Below, one piece after another: positions 9,859-21,981 of a stretch of DNA of 64,000 nt (positions are counted from its first letter, which is position 1; the number at the start of each line of letters is the position of its first letter). Made by a program: the position numbers and the translations under genes. The notes under the pieces were generated by a model. It searched no databases. It worked only from the letters and a program-made list of their open reading frames with translations, and was not told where the DNA came from. This DNA is from Cyanobacteria bacterium auto_48_18 (lineage in GTDB: Bacteria > Cyanobacteriota > Vampirovibrionia > Obscuribacterales > Obscuribacteraceae): assembly GCA_036170915.1 (NCBI GenBank), contig JAVHQC010000004.1, positions 37,933 to 101,932 of the forward strand. The letters are read 5' to 3'.

Positions 9859-12800
9859 TTGGCCATTTCGACATATGAAGTACCTGAACAAAAGGCCATA
9901 GGGGATACTCCTCTGCGGGCCGAATTGTTCAGTGCCGGGCAGATGGAGCAACATGGTTATGCCCTGGCCCGCCAACACGTGCTTGGTTCGGGCACGGGTG
10001 GTGATCGGCTGCTTGACCGACTGGCAGAAAATGAAGAGATTTTGCTGCAAGCCGTGCGCATTCTCACGGTTACAGTCAAAGCAAATAGCCGTGTCAGCCC
10101 AGCCGGTGAATGGCTGCTTGATAACTTTTATTTAGTCGAAGAACAAGTGCGCATAGCCAAAAGCCACTTGCCAAAAGGATACAGCCGTCAATTACCTCGC
10201 TTGTTGGGAGGCATAAACGCTAATTTTCCTCGCGTCTATGACATTGCTCTTGAAATCATTTCGCACGGTGACGGCAGATTGGATCCTGAAAGTCTCAGTC
10301 GCCTGATCACTGCCTATCAGACTATTACACCGCTAACTCTCGGCGAACTCTGGGCTATTCCCATTATGTTGCGCATGGCTCTAATTGAAAACTTGCGGCG
10401 CGTAGCCGCTCGCATTGCCTCAGATAGCCAGGAACGAGATTTTGCTGTGAGCTGGGCGGCTCAAATGATCGAGACGGCTGAAAAAGATCCAAAGAATTTA
10501 ATTCTCACATTGGCCGATATGGCTCGCTCAGGGCCCCCACGGGCCAGTGCTTTTGTTGCTGAGTTAACCAGATTATTGCGCGGTCAGGGGCCTGCACTGG
10601 CCCTTCCGATTTCATGGATTGAGCAATGGTTGTCAGAGGTGGGTTTAACCACTGAGCAACTTATACAAGCTGAAAGCCAGCTACAAGCTCAAGATCAAGT
10701 TTCAATTTCGAATACCATCTCCAGCTTGCGCTCTCTGGCATCTTTTAACTGGCGTGATTTTGTTGAAAGCCATAGCTTAGTTGAACAGATTTTACGCGAA
10801 GATCCTGAAGGCATCTATACCCGGATGGATTTTGCTACCCGCGACCACTATCGCCACGTGGTGGAAAAATTAGCCAAGTTGACGCACCTGTCTGAAAGTG
10901 AAGTGGCCAGACAAGCCATTAGTCGCGCTCGTGAAGCGGCTCAAGCCAATAGTGGCCCGCAGCTCAGTCACGTTGGATATTATCTAGTCGACAAAGGTTA
11001 TCCGCAGTTAGAAAAAATCGTTGAAGTAGATCTTTCGCTTGTGGATCACTTCCGGCGGGCTGCTAAACGCTATCCGCAGATAATCTATTTTGGCACCATG
11101 GCTGTCATCACTTTGTCGGTCACCATATTTTCTATCTGGCGATTCTATCAACTCAATCATCTTTCAAAAGTTGCCTGGGCCGGCGTAATTTTTCTACTGT
11201 TGTTGGCTGCCAGTCAGTTTGCCGTTGCTCTGGTTAACTGGCTTTCCACTACATTCGCTAAAGCTTATCCTCTGCCTAAAATGGATTATTCCAAAGGCAT
11301 ACCGGTGGAAGACTCGGCACTGGTAGTGGTGCCAACCATGCTCGGCAGCTTAAATGGTGTTGAAGACATGGTGGAGGCCTTAGAAGTTAGATATCTGGCG
11401 AATCAGGACGACAATGTTTTCTTCGCCTTGCTTACCGATTTTACTGATTCCCCTAACCAAGCACAGCCTCAAGATGCACAGCTGGTCAACCTTGTGGCTA
11501 AGCGGGTGCAAGAGCTCAATATCAAATACGGCGACGGCAAAGATGTATTTTATCTCTTTCACCGCCCCCGTCTCTGGAATTCTCTCGATAGTATATGGAT
11601 GGGTCACGAGCGTAAGCGTGGCAAACTGGGCGACCTCAATTGCTTGTTACGCGGCGGTAAAAATCATTTCTCCACAGTGGTGGGCGACGTCGCTGCTCTT
11701 GCTGACGTGCGCTACGTCATTACACTTGACGCTGATACGCAGTTACCACTCGAAGCTGCTAAGCAATTTGTCGGTGCTATTGCCCACCCACTTAATCGCG
11801 CTCGTTATGACGAGGCTAAGCAGCGAGTGGTAGAAGGTTATGGTATTTTGCAGCCTAGAGTTGATGTGAGCCTTTCGCCTCTCACTCATCGTTCGCCTTA
11901 CGCCAAACTTTATGGTGCCGGTGTTGGTATTGACCCATACACGCGCACCGTATCTGATGTCTATCAAGACTTATTCCATGAGGGTTCCTTTGTCGGCAAA
12001 GGCATTTACGAAATCGATGCTTTCGAACGCGCCCTGCGCGATCGCTTTTGCGAAAATCAAATTCTCAGTCACGACCTTCTTGAAGGCTGTTATGTCAGGT
12101 CTGGCCTGCTCAGCGACGCTCAGCTATACGAAGAATATCCCACCAGTTATAGTTTTGATGTGGCCAGACGCTCCCGCTGGATTCGTGGTGACTGGCAGCT
12201 TTTACCCTGGCTTTTGCCTTTTTCCAGGAATGGCGATCAGCGCAGAAGCAAGCCATTGTCTTTGCTTTCACGCTGGAAAATATTTGACAATTTGCGCCGC
12301 AGTTTGGTGGCAGCTGCACAAGTAGCGCTTTTCATACTCGGATGGACAGTGCTTGCCCCCCATCCCTTCTGCACCATATTGCTAGTCGCTATGATGTTTC
12401 TGCCGGCGGCAGTGGCTGTGTTTAGCGAACTAATTCGCAAGCCGGAAGAACTTGAGCTGACACAACACCTGACGACTGTAGCCGATTCTTGTCGCATACA
12501 TTTTGCCCAGGTGCTTTTCTCCCTTATATGTTTGCCTTATGAGGCTTTCTATAGTCTATCGGCTGTTTTGCGCACACTTTTCCGCATGTACGTGACTCAC
12601 CGCAAATTACTCGAATGGCGCACGGCAGGGGAAACGAGCGTCAGCAGCAACATGCTCTCGTTCTTCTGCTCAATGTGGATTGGCCCGTTTATAGCAATCG
12701 TTTGTTTGAGCTATTTATTTGTCAATGATCAAAAGACACTTGCTTATGCCATGCCGGTGCTGTTGTTCTGGTTGCTTTCGCCGGCGGTGGCATGTTGGTT

Positions 12801-15800
12801 CAGCCGGTCGTCACCAGTGGTGGTGGCAGAGCTTACCGTTGAGCAAAATTTATTCTTGCGTCAGATGGCACGCAAGACCTGGCAATTTTTCAAGGCACTT
12901 GTGGGGCCTGAAGACAACTGGCTGCCCCCCGACAATTACCAAGAAGAGCCTGTGGAGCGCACTGCTCACCGTACTTCGCCTACCAATATTGGTATGGCCT
13001 TGCTGGCTAATCTGGCTGCTTACGATTTCGGCTATATCCACACCACCGAATTGATTGAACGCACGCACTCGACTCTCACCACACTGAATCGGCTGGAGCG
13101 ATATCGCGGGCATTTTTATAACTGGTATGACACCATCAGTCTGGCACCATTGCATCCGCGCTATGTTTCTACTGTTGACAGCGGAAATCTAGCCGGGCAC
13201 TTATTAACCTTAAGACCTGGTTTAATCGGTCTGGTGGAATGTCCGGTTTTGCCGCCACATCTTTTTGATGCCATCGCTGATACTTGCAGATTGCTGCAGC
13301 TGGCGCTCGGTAGTAATAGCAATCAGTTAAATAGTTTTGAGACCATGTTAGAGGGAGTGCGGCGCAAACCGGCTACTAATCTCTCTTCCATACGCACAGA
13401 TTTACTCGGCCTGGAGAAAGCGGCCATAAGCTTTAATGCCGGCCTGATTTTGATGTGTGATCCTAGAGTGCGCACCGATAGCTCCATTGAAGTGGAAATT
13501 TGGTCTGCCGCCTTGCTGGATCAATGCCAGGCGGCCTTAAATGAATTGAATTTGCTCACGCCCTGGGTGCAAGAAGAAGCGCTGACAAAACTGTTGCCTC
13601 TACTGCCGGTGCTCGACGGAGTACCAACATTGCGATTGCTTGCAGGTTACGACGACCTGGTGGATCAAGTTGATCTTGCTACTCTTGTTCAGTTAGCAGA
13701 CTCAGACGTAGATCGCGAAAAAATTGATAACGTTCTAGAACTGGTTCGGCAGGCCAGTGTGCGCGCTCAGGAACTGATCATTACGATTGAGAATTTAGCC
13801 TCGTCGGTAGGTAAACTGGCGCAGATTCCATTTGATTTTCTCTATGACGAAAGGCGCCGCCTGCTCTCTATTGGTTACAACGTAGAAGACCACAGGCTCG
13901 ACGCCAGCTTCTATGACTTACTTGCCTCGGAGGCCCGGCTCGGTAATTTTGTCGCCATCGCTCAGGGCAAACTACCTAAAGAAAGTTGGTTCTCCCTCGG
14001 TCGCCTGCTCACACGTGCTGCTGGAGAATCAGTTTTGTTCTCCTGGAGCGGCTCAATGTTCGAATACTTGATGCCACTGCTGGTGATGCCCTCGTATGAC
14101 GACACGCTTTTAGCACAGACTTATCGGGTCTGTGTGGCCAGGCAGATTGAATACGGTAAGCAGCGCGGTGTGCCCTGGGGTGTTTCAGAGTCTGGATACA
14201 ACAGTGTCGACGTGCACCTCAACTATCAATATAGAGCATTTGGTGTACCTGGTCTCGGTTTAAAACGCGGTTTAGTTGAAGATTTGGTCATCGCGCCTTA
14301 TGCGTGCGTGATGGGGCTGATGGTGGCACCGGAAGAGTCTGTGGCCAATTTGCAGAAAATGCACGCCAGCGGATTTTCAGGTAAGTATGGATTTTACGAA
14401 GCGGTTGATTACACTGCTGCTCGGGTACCTCGCGGTCAGACTTATGTTCTTGTCAAATCGTTCATGGTGCACCACCTTGGTATGAGTCTGCTTTCCATGG
14501 CTTATCATCTGCTTGATAGGCCTATGCAAAAACGGTTTATGGCCGACCCATCTTTTCAGGCCACTGAGCTCTTGTTGCAAGAGAGAGTGCCCAAGGTCAG
14601 ACCTGTGCAATCGCTGACCTCAGAAATTGCCGACTTGCGCACCACCCCTGATAATTCCGAATCATCTCTGCGGGTTCTCACCAGCCCAGACACTCCGTCG
14701 CCAGAATTGCAACTCTTGTCGAATGGTCGTTATCATGTGATGGTGACTAACTCTGGTGGTGGCTATTCCAGATGGAAAGACATGGCCATTACGCGCTGGC
14801 GTGAAGACACTACGGCCGACAACTTTGGTAGCTTCTGCTATGTGCGCGATCGCGAAAGTGGTGACTTCTTCTCCACTACCTATCAGCCGACTTTAGAAGT
14901 ACCAGATGGTTTTGAGGCAATTTTCTCCGAAACAAAAGTAGAATTCAAACGCCGCGACGGCGACTTTGATACACACTGCGAAATTGTAGTCTCGCCTGAA
15001 GACGACGTAGAAGTGAGGCGCGTGCAGCTGACTAATCGCTCACGTACACGCAGAGTGATTGACATTACAAGCTACGGCGAGGTGGTTATCACTTCGCAAA
15101 ATGCCGATCTTGCCCACACTACTTTCAGCAATTTGTTTGTCCAAACCGAAATCGACAAAGAGCGTCAGGCCATTCTTTGCCACCGCCGTGCGCGTTCTGA
15201 AAATGAAGCCATTCCTTATATGTTCCACCTCATGGCAGTGCACGGGGCAGAGCCTGGTGAAGTTTCTTACGAAACTGATCGATCGCGCTTTATCGGTCGT
15301 GGTAACACTGTGGCCGATCCTCTGGCAATGAAGCGTCTTTCGGCATTGTCGAATACCCAGGGTAGTGTGCTTGATCCAATCGTTTCAATGCGCCACCGCA
15401 TTGTCATTGAGGCTGAAGCTAATGTCACTATCAATATCGTTTCTGGTATTCATGAGACAAAAGAAGGCTGTCTGGCTCTGGTTGATAAATATCGCGATCG
15501 TGGACTGGCCGAGCGCGTTTTCGATCTGGCCTGGACTCACGGTCAGGTTGTTTTAAGGCAGCTCAATGCTAATGAGGGTGATGCGCAGCTCTATAATCGC
15601 CTGGCCAGTTCCATTATCTATCCGAGCAAAGCGCTGCGGGCCGATGCCGATATTCTTTTGAAGAACAACCGCGGCCAGTCAGCTTTGTGGGGCTATACGG
15701 TTTCAGGCGATGTGCCTATCGTGCTTTTACAGATCAAAGAGCAAGCTAACAGCGAGCTGGTGCGCCAGCTGGTGCAGGCGCATGCTTACTGGCGATTGAA

Positions 15801-18543
15801 GGGTTTGACTTGTGATCTGGTGATATGGAATGAAGACCAGGCCGGTTACCGGCAAGTATTGCAAGAAGAAATTGTCGGCATCATTGCTTCGGGTTTCGAA
15901 GCCACCATGGGTGATGGCCCGGGTGGAATTTTTGTGCGCCCAGCAGAACAAATATCGGCCGAAGATAGAATTTTGTTCCAGGCCGTGGCTAGGGTTATAA
16001 TCACCGACTCAAAAGGCAGTTTGCTCGAACAAGTTGCCGGTTATGGCTTGCGTGAAAAGCGGCCGCCGCGGCTCGTTGCTACGCGTATCTATAAACCTGA
16101 TGTGGGGAAAGGTGTAAGTGAACTGAGATCTGATTTGATTCTCGTTAATGGTCTGGGAGGCTTCACCAGCGACGGCCGTGAATATGTAATTTCTACTGAT
16201 CAAAATCAAGTGACACCGGCACCCTGGTCGAATGTTTTGGCAAATCGTAATTTCGGCACAGTGGTGACCGAAAGTGGTTCGGTTTACACCTGGGCGGAAA
16301 ACGCACACGAATTTCGTTTGACCCCATGGAACAACGACCCTATTAGTGATTCCAGTGGTGAAGCTTTTTATATACGAGACGAAGAAACGGCCAACTTCTG
16401 GTCACCATCGCCGCTGCCGGCGCGGGGTTCCGCGCCCTATACCAGCCGTCACGGGTTTGGTTATAGCGTCTTTGAGCACACCGAATCTGGTATCGAATCT
16501 GAACTGCTGGTTTTTGTCGCTTTAGATGATAACGTCAAATTTTCAGTACTTAAGGTGAAGAATCGCTCCGGGCGACCACGAAAACTTTCAGCTACCGGTT
16601 ATGTGGAATGGATACTGGGTGATTTGAAATCAAAAACCAGCATGCACGTGGCCACTGAGCTTGATGCCAAAACAGGAGCGCTTCTGGCTCGCAATGCCTA
16701 CAACTCAGAGTTTGCCGGTCGAGTCGCTTTCTTTGATGTTAGTGACACCACACGCACAATCACAGGCGATCGCACTGAATTTTTAGGGCGCAATGGTAGC
16801 CTCGCTTCTCCTGCGGCAATGAGACGGGTGCGCCTCTCAGGCAAATTCGGAGCAGGACTTGATCCCTGTGCCGCCATTCAAATTCCATTTGAGCTGGCCG
16901 ATGGTGAAGAGCGCGAAATTGTCTTCAGACTTGGTGTCGGTAACGATATTAATCATGCTCGCGGCATTATTAATCGCTTCCGCGGCCTGGCTGCAAAACG
17001 TGATGCTTACGAGAATATCTGCCATTACTGGAAGCATACATTGGGTGCAGTCAATGTTGAAACTCCAGATGCATCTATTAATATGCTTATTAATGGTTGG
17101 CTCTTGTATCAAACCATCGGCTGTCGCATTTGGGGTAGAACTGGCTATTACCAGTCTGGTGGTGCCTTTGGTTTTAGAGACCAGTTGCAAGATTGCATGG
17201 CCCTGGTGCACTGCGAGCCCTTGATTTTGCGTGATCAGTTGCTTAAGAGTGCATCGCGCCAGTTTGTTGAAGGTGACGCACAACACTGGTGGCATCCTCC
17301 TAGTGGCCGCGGCGTGCGCACCCATTGTTCAGACGATTATTTGTGGCTGCCTTTTGCCGCTCATCGCTATGTCACATGCACAGGAGACACTGGCATCCTC
17401 GACGAGAAAGTATCGTTTTTAACCGGACGCCTGCTCAATGCCGACGAAGAGTCGTATTATGATCAGCCGCAGATTTCGGATCAAAGTGCATCTTTGTATG
17501 AGCACTGTCTTCGCGCGATCAAACATGGTTTGCGCATGGGTGAACATGGCCTACCGCTTATTGGCGCCGGAGACTGGAACGATGGTATGAACCTCGTTGG
17601 TGAACACGGCAAAGGCGAAAGTATCTGGTTGGCCTTCTTCCTTTATGATGTCTTATGTCGGTTTTCTGAACTGGCCGCTAAACGCGAAGATCAAGAAACA
17701 GTAGATTTATGCGCTACCGAGGCGGCAAAGCTCAAAGAAAATGTGGCTGCACATGGCTGGGACGGCGAGTGGTATCGCCGTGCTTACTTTGACGACGGTA
17801 CGCCGCTTGGTACCTCCAATGGCAGTGAATGCCAGATTGATTCTATTGCCCAGAGCTGGTCGGTGCTCTCAGGTGGTGGTGATCATGCCCGTTGTAAGCA
17901 AGCCATGGGTAGTCTCAATAAACGCCTCGTGCGTAGAGAACATGCATTGATTCAACTTCTTGACCCACCATTTGATCAAGGCACCCTTAACCCGGGTTAT
18001 ATCAAAGGCTATGTGCCTGGTGTGCGCGAGAATGGTGGACAATATACTCACAGCGCTGTGTGGGCGGCAATGGCTTTCGCCAAACTGGGCGACAGCAGGC
18101 TAGCCTGGGAATTGACCACCATGATCAACCCCGTTAACCACGGCAATTCTCCCGAGAAGGTTGCTCTCTATAAAGTCGAGCCTTATGTCATTGCAGCTGA
18201 TGTATACGGTGTGACGCCGCACACCGGCCGTGGTGGCTGGACCTGGTACACAGGCTCGGCCGGCTGGTTCTATCGCTTATTAGTTGAGTCGCTATTGGGC
18301 TTAAGGCTCGACATCGACAAACTCTACTTCACGCCGTGTTTGCCTGCAGACTGGAATTCTTATAAGTTGCACTATCGCTACCGCGAAACTGTATTCCATA
18401 TCACGGTGACTCAACAAGATCAGCTCGAACGTGAGGTGATGATTAAGTTGGATGGCGTTGATTGCGGCGAAAGCTTGCCACTTTCAGCTGATCGCAAAGA
18501 TCATTTTGTAGAAGTGCAAGTCAGGCGCCAGCGGTTAGGTTGA
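9859..18543 (+). CDS. ndvB: Cyclic beta-1,2-glucan synthase (GT84 plus glucoamylase-like and GH94 phosphorylase domains)
   Basis: 2894 aa; [84 protein letters not shown]. Confidence 0.93.
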   Translation: MAISTYEVPEQKAIGDTPLRAELFSAGQMEQHGYALARQHVLGSGTGGDRLLDRLAENEEILLQAVRILTVTVKANSRVSPAGEWLLDNFYLVEEQVRIAKSHLPKGYSRQLPRLLGGINANFPRVYDIALEIISHGDGRLDPESLSRLITAYQTITPLTLGELWAIPIMLRMALIENLRRVAARIASDSQERDFAVSWAAQMIETAEKDPKNLILTLADMARSGPPRASAFVAELTRLLRGQGPALALPISWIEQWLSEVGLTTEQLIQAESQLQAQDQVSISNTISSLRSLASFNWRDFVESHSLVEQILREDPEGIYTRMDFATRDHYRHVVEKLAKLTHLSESEVARQAISRAREAAQANSGPQLSHVGYYLVDKGYPQLEKIVEVDLSLVDHFRRAAKRYPQIIYFGTMAVITLSVTIFSIWRFYQLNHLSKVAWAGVIFLLLLAASQFAVALVNWLSTTFAKAYPLPKMDYSKGIPVEDSALVVVPTMLGSLNGVEDMVEALEVRYLANQDDNVFFALLTDFTDSPNQAQPQDAQLVNLVAKRVQELNIKYGDGKDVFYLFHRPRLWNSLDSIWMGHERKRGKLGDLNCLLRGGKNHFSTVVGDVAALADVRYVITLDADTQLPLEAAKQFVGAIAHPLNRARYDEAKQRVVEGYGILQPRVDVSLSPLTHRSPYAKLYGAGVGIDPYTRTVSDVYQDLFHEGSFVGKGIYEIDAFERALRDRFCENQILSHDLLEGCYVRSGLLSDAQLYEEYPTSYSFDVARRSRWIRGDWQLLPWLLPFSRNGDQRRSKPLSLLSRWKIFDNLRRSLVAAAQVALFILGWTVLAPHPFCTILLVAMMFLPAAVAVFSELIRKPEELELTQHLTTVADSCRIHFAQVLFSLICLPYEAFYSLSAVLRTLFRMYVTHRKLLEWRTAGETSVSSNMLSFFCSMWIGPFIAIVCLSYLFVNDQKTLAYAMPVLLFWLLSPAVACWFSRSSPVVVAELTVEQNLFLRQMARKTWQFFKALVGPEDNWLPPDNYQEEPVERTAHRTSPTNIGMALLANLAAYDFGYIHTTELIERTHSTLTTLNRLERYRGHFYNWYDTISLAPLHPRYVSTVDSGNLAGHLLTLRPGLIGLVECPVLPPHLFDAIADTCRLLQLALGSNSNQLNSFETMLEGVRRKPATNLSSIRTDLLGLEKAAISFNAGLILMCDPRVRTDSSIEVEIWSAALLDQCQAALNELNLLTPWVQEEALTKLLPLLPVLDGVPTLRLLAGYDDLVDQVDLATLVQLADSDVDREKIDNVLELVRQASVRAQELIITIENLASSVGKLAQIPFDFLYDERRRLLSIGYNVEDHRLDASFYDLLASEARLGNFVAIAQGKLPKESWFSLGRLLTRAAGESVLFSWSGSMFEYLMPLLVMPSYDDTLLAQTYRVCVARQIEYGKQRGVPWGVSESGYNSVDVHLNYQYRAFGVPGLGLKRGLVEDLVIAPYACVMGLMVAPEESVANLQKMHASGFSGKYGFYEAVDYTAARVPRGQTYVLVKSFMVHHLGMSLLSMAYHLLDRPMQKRFMADPSFQATELLLQERVPKVRPVQSLTSEIADLRTTPDNSESSLRVLTSPDTPSPELQLLSNGRYHVMVTNSGGGYSRWKDMAITRWREDTTADNFGSFCYVRDRESGDFFSTTYQPTLEVPDGFEAIFSETKVEFKRRDGDFDTHCEIVVSPEDDVEVRRVQLTNRSRTRRVIDITSYGEVVITSQNADLAHTTFSNLFVQTEIDKERQAILCHRRARSENEAIPYMFHLMAVHGAEPGEVSYETDRSRFIGRGNTVADPLAMKRLSALSNTQGSVLDPIVSMRHRIVIEAEANVTINIVSGIHETKEGCLALVDKYRDRGLAERVFDLAWTHGQVVLRQLNANEGDAQLYNRLASSIIYPSKALRADADILLKNNRGQSALWGYTVSGDVPIVLLQIKEQANSELVRQLVQAHAYWRLKGLTCDLVIWNEDQAGYRQVLQEEIVGIIASGFEATMGDGPGGIFVRPAEQISAEDRILFQAVARVIITDSKGSLLEQVAGYGLREKRPPRLVATRIYKPDVGKGVSELRSDLILVNGLGGFTSDGREYVISTDQNQVTPAPWSNVLANRNFGTVVTESGSVYTWAENAHEFRLTPWNNDPISDSSGEAFYIRDEETANFWSPSPLPARGSAPYTSRHGFGYSVFEHTESGIESELLVFVALDDNVKFSVLKVKNRSGRPRKLSATGYVEWILGDLKSKTSMHVATELDAKTGALLARNAYNSEFAGRVAFFDVSDTTRTITGDRTEFLGRNGSLASPAAMRRVRLSGKFGAGLDPCAAIQIPFELADGEEREIVFRLGVGNDINHARGIINRFRGLAAKRDAYENICHYWKHTLGAVNVETPDASINMLINGWLLYQTIGCRIWGRTGYYQSGGAFGFRDQLQDCMALVHCEPLILRDQLLKSASRQFVEGDAQHWWHPPSGRGVRTHCSDDYLWLPFAAHRYVTCTGDTGILDEKVSFLTGRLLNADEESYYDQPQISDQSASLYEHCLRAIKHGLRMGEHGLPLIGAGDWNDGMNLVGEHGKGESIWLAFFLYDVLCRFSELAAKREDQETVDLCATEAAKLKENVAAHGWDGEWYRRAYFDDGTPLGTSNGSECQIDSIAQSWSVLSGGGDHARCKQAMGSLNKRLVRREHALIQLLDPPFDQGTLNPGYIKGYVPGVRENGGQYTHSAVWAAMAFAKLGDSRLAWELTTMINPVNHGNSPEKVALYKVEPYVIAADVYGVTPHTGRGGWTWYTGSAGWFYRLLVESLLGLRLDIDKLYFTPCLPADWNSYKLHYRYRETVFHITVTQQDQLEREVMIKLDGVDCGESLPLSADRKDHFVEVQVRRQRLG

Positions 18544-18576
18544 GAAAATACGTTCGAACTTATTGTTCATAGAAAG

Positions 18577-18606
18577 AGAGCAGGGCATTAGCCCTGCTCT
18601 TTATTT
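18577..18606. terminator. Intrinsic terminator, probably bidirectional
   Basis: AGAGCAGGGC-atta-GCCCTGCTCT followed by a T-rich run. Confidence 0.75.
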
Positions 18607-18707
18607 CCTGTGCGCTTATGCGAAAGCTTAAAATCCGAATTGAATTATTTGAGATAACGGTTCGGCGTCTATTTGTTTCTTGCACTTCAGGAATGTACAG
18701 AACATAG

Positions 18708-18732
18708 GACTAAATGCATGCCCTTTAGTTCC
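18708..18732 (-). promoter_or_regulatory. ECF-type promoter GGAAC-N17-GTC with no annotated gene downstream
   Basis: gac-N17-gttcc on the + strand. Confidence 0.6.
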
Positions 18733-18786
18733 ATTTCTTTTGAAAGATTTTTTTGAATTTAAAGAGAGGCAACTCAACGGTATTTT

Positions 18787-18811
18787 GGAACCAATAGCGC
18801 CGGTGGCAGTC
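18787..18811 (+). promoter_or_regulatory. ECF-type promoter GGAAC-N17-GTC
   Basis: ggaac caatagcgccggtggca gtc. Confidence 0.75.
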
Positions 18812-18863
18812 TATGCCTGTGTCAGAGAATGACACTTGAAGAAACCCATTTGGAGACATTGAA

Positions 18864-19013
18864 ATGATAAATACATTGATTTCGCTGCTTATTTTATTCT
18901 GGATTGTCGGTCTCGTGTCACACATTGGCGGCGACTTCATTCACACACTTTTGGTGTTGGCCGTTGCTGTCTTCATTTTCAATATCGTCACGGGCCGTGG
19001 CGCTCGAGTTTAA
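18864..19013 (+). CDS. lmo0937/DUF5670-family small membrane protein, 49 aa, below the ORF-track cutoff
   Basis: GGAG RBS; MINTLISLLILFWIVGLVSHIGGDFIHTLLVLAVAVFIFNIVTGRGARV. Confidence 0.85.
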   Translation: MINTLISLLILFWIVGLVSHIGGDFIHTLLVLAVAVFIFNIVTGRGARV

Positions 19014-19060
19014 ATTATTTGCTTGCGCCGGCCCGTCATAATCATCACAAGGAGTGATCA

Positions 19061-19960
19061 ATGAGAAATTTACCTGTGTTTTTAGCAGGTGTAATACTTG
19101 CAGGTACTGTTGCTATGCCCGCCCTGGCAGATGAAATCACCACTGTAAGAACTACTACAACCACCACAGACAGTGCTCCAGCAGCTGTAGTTACCCTCAC
19201 CCCCGGCGGCAATTACATGGTAGTTGACCCGGTTACTGGCGTCATGAAGGGCGTTTATGATCCCGCTCGAGGTCTGGTTGGTTCGTCTATAGCACCAGGC
19301 CTTGTTGTTATCGACAACACTTCAAATCGCGTGGTTGCAACATTTGACTCTGGCGGCCGAGTTATTGCTTTAACCAATGCACCTGCCTATGACAGTCTTG
19401 TTGTATCAATTGATGCACGTCGTGCTGAATTAGAAAAAATGATCGCAGCTGGTCGACCGCTCATGAGCGACGCTGTTGCAGCTGTATTGCGTGAAGAACT
19501 AACCAGCATCGCTTCTCAAGAATCGGCATACAGACAGTCAGGCCGGCCGCTCAACTATGAAGAAGCGCTTTCTTTAGCCCAGCGCCTTAACTCTTTGAGT
19601 GATCGCGTGGTGCCTTATGTAAAAGGTGTCACCTTTAGACCGCTGATTGGAAGCAGCTTTGTCACCACTTCTGGCAGTCTGGTGATGGTTGACGAGTATT
19701 CATCGCGCAATCTCAGAATGCAAAGGCGGATTGATGATGAATATGCAGCCGGAAGATTGTCTAATGACAATGTGGCAAGACTTAAAAGTAGCTTGAATGA
19801 AGTAGCTTCACTGCAGACCAAATATACAAAAAATGGTCGGCTTAATCCAAGTAGAACTAAGACTATAGCCACTCGATTAGACAAAGTGCAATCAAGTATG
19901 GATCGCGACATCGCCGATATCAACGCTAAACGTGCTCGTATTGGTATCAAGGTTAATTAG
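19061..19960 (+). CDS. Secreted hypothetical protein with C-terminal helical repeats
   Basis: AAGGAG RBS, signal peptide ending ALA, Thr-rich linker. Confidence 0.85.
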   Translation: MRNLPVFLAGVILAGTVAMPALADEITTVRTTTTTTDSAPAAVVTLTPGGNYMVVDPVTGVMKGVYDPARGLVGSSIAPGLVVIDNTSNRVVATFDSGGRVIALTNAPAYDSLVVSIDARRAELEKMIAAGRPLMSDAVAAVLREELTSIASQESAYRQSGRPLNYEEALSLAQRLNSLSDRVVPYVKGVTFRPLIGSSFVTTSGSLVMVDEYSSRNLRMQRRIDDEYAAGRLSNDNVARLKSSLNEVASLQTKYTKNGRLNPSRTKTIATRLDKVQSSMDRDIADINAKRARIGIKVN

Positions 19961-20039
19961 CCGATAAGGCTGAGACCAAGCTGACAGAAAAGGCCATAAA
20001 GAGGCTAAATAGCCCACTGGTGAGGCGTTGGGTTCTAGA

Positions 20040-20097
20040 AAAATAACTAGATTGATATCAATCTAGTTATTTTCCAGAATCAGATTGATATCAATCT
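20040..20097. repeat. Tandem pair of 16-bp palindromes AGATTGATATCAATCT, copy 1
   Basis: Cores at 20049-20064 and 20082-20097; the first extends to a 34-bp perfect palindrome at 20040-20073. Confidence 0.95.
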
Positions 20098-20190
20098 AAG
20101 ATCGAAGCTGACTGCCTAAAGTCATAATTTAAAAAGCTTGAACGACCCGACCAACGGTTCATTCAGGCTTTTTATACAGTTTCAGTAGAA

Positions 20191-20577
20191 CTAGTCTAAA
20201 GCTTCTGGATCCGGTACAGGGGCCGGCTTAAGCTCAGGAATCTTAGGCATGGGCGGCTTCGGTTCTTCTGGCTTAGGTGCGGGTTGGCCAGGGACCGGAT
20301 TGGGCGACGGTGCGGGGTTTGGCCCTGGGCTTGGCTGACCAGGCATGGGGTTTGGCACCGGCACTGGAATAGGGCTTGGAACAGGTACTGGAATGGAAGG
20401 CTCAGCCCGACGCAAGTGACCAGGCGAGCCCTGAGGCGCTTCGCGTTTTGGTAAATTGGCACCCGGCGGGTGGTTCGGCATGATAACCGCCAGTGCTGGG
20501 GCCAAAAATGCTGCCTGAGCCTGACACATAGTCTGGCAAACAAGGGCTAAAATCAGATATTTTTGCTTCGCAGACAT
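20191..20577 (-). CDS. Secreted proline-rich protein
   Basis: Signal-like N-terminus, then Pro-rich low-complexity sequence; ECF motif upstream. Confidence 0.75.
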   Translation of the reverse strand: MSAKQKYLILALVCQTMCQAQAAFLAPALAVIMPNHPPGANLPKREAPQGSPGHLRRAEPSIPVPVPSPIPVPVPNPMPGQPSPGPNPAPSPNPVPGQPAPKPEEPKPPMPKIPELKPAPVPDPEALD

Positions 20578-20627
20578 TTGCTTATACCAGTGTTTCTACT
20601 ATCCAGGTTTCTACAACCCGCCACAAT

Positions 20628-20652
20628 GACATAGAAATCAAGCACTGGTTCC
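20628..20652 (-). promoter_or_regulatory. ECF-type promoter GGAAC-N17-GTC
   Basis: gac-N17-gttcc. Confidence 0.7.
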
Positions 20653-20704
20653 CAAATGTAATGTTTTTTTAGCAGATGTCATGTTACAGGTTGCGCCAGG
20701 GTAT

Positions 20705-21829
20705 TTAACTGGCCCTTTCCTGAACGCTGGAATCAATGATTTCGATGTTGTCAATCTGTTCAATTGTTTCCATTACATTCAACTTTTCCTGCCCATCTAA
20801 TGCTGTGTTCTCGTAATTGATTTGATCAAAGATGGCGGGTGGCACTAGAACGTATACGGCATTCGGAATCACTGTGACACGCATGGGTGTTGTACCTGCT
20901 TCTTCGCCATCAATCATGGCTGTCACGGCGTTATTTCGTGGGCTTAAAGCGCTGCCGGCGCTGGTCAAAACTGACCTTGCTTTTTTTGCCACATTTTGAA
21001 AAGCTGAGCGAAGTCCGCGTCGAGGCACCACGTCGATCACTGCTTCTTTTACCTTCAACACGATGTGAGGTGCCTCTCCATCAATCTGGCCACCAGCAAA
21101 GCGGAAACCAATTTTCACATAATCGTTGAATCTTTTAGGGTTCAATATATGCAGTTCCATAAGGCCGTCGTATAGCATGCTGGTATCAGCAGTTTTCCCC
21201 AGGCCGAGATCTTCTACATTGCCGACAAACACTCCAGAGGCTTGCACCTTGAAGGTTTGACCGCCAGTGGTGATTTTGAATATTACTGGTCTTTCAGCGA
21301 TTGTATTTATCATTGCTACGGCATATGCCATCATCTTGAACTTAGTTTTTAGTTGCCTGGCAGGAAAGACAAAGGCGTCTGAAAGTGGCCCTGCGCCTGC
21401 CATGCCAGCGAAAAATTCGCCATTCATCATGCCCATATCAATGCGCATAGGCTTGCCGTTTTTGATCACCTCAAGCGCGTTTTCGAGCGGATCGGCGAAA
21501 AACTTTTCGGCCACGATACCTAAATTGCGAGCTAACACGTTACCTGTACCGAGTGGCATAATCGCGGCAGGAATATTTGACTTGGCTTCAGCCAGCGCTG
21601 CCAGGGCAAATCGTATAGTGCCATCACCGCCAGCGGCAATGACGAGGTCTAGTGGTGGCTTTAATAGTGGCACAAGATGCTGGGCTGTGGTTTCTATTGA
21701 CGTTGGATATAAAGTAACTAGAAACTCGCCGTCTTTAGTTAGTTCGGTAACAAACTGTCCGAGCCAAGCTTCGGCGTGAGTTTGCGAACGGGCAGAAGGG
21801 TTGTAAACGAGCAAGACATTTTTTGGCAT
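20705..21829 (-). CDS. Diacylglycerol kinase family (YegS/DAGK) lipid kinase
   Basis: VYNPSA, AAGGDGTI, PLGTGNVLARNLG, IDGE. Confidence 0.9.
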   Translation of the reverse strand: MPKNVLLVYNPSARSQTHAEAWLGQFVTELTKDGEFLVTLYPTSIETTAQHLVPLLKPPLDLVIAAGGDGTIRFALAALAEAKSNIPAAIMPLGTGNVLARNLGIVAEKFFADPLENALEVIKNGKPMRIDMGMMNGEFFAGMAGAGPLSDAFVFPARQLKTKFKMMAYAVAMINTIAERPVIFKITTGGQTFKVQASGVFVGNVEDLGLGKTADTSMLYDGLMELHILNPKRFNDYVKIGFRFAGGQIDGEAPHIVLKVKEAVIDVVPRRGLRSAFQNVAKKARSVLTSAGSALSPRNNAVTAMIDGEEAGTTPMRVTVIPNAVYVLVPPAIFDQINYENTALDGQEKLNVMETIEQIDNIEIIDSSVQERAS

Positions 21830-21922
21830 ATTGTTATTTTAGTTGTGGGGTTCCATACTGTTTCGTTCTACTAGTGTCGCTGAAACACCCCAGATTGTTC
21901 CATTTTTATTGTCGCGTTATCT

Positions 21923-21947
21923 GGAACTCTTTATTGGCTTCACCGTC
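21923..21947 (+). promoter_or_regulatory. ECF-type promoter GGAAC-N17-GTC for the ABC exporter operon
   Basis: ggaac tctttattggcttcacc gtc. Confidence 0.75.
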
Positions 21948-21981
21948 TCAGACTTTGAATCTCATAATTGGTGCTTCTAAT

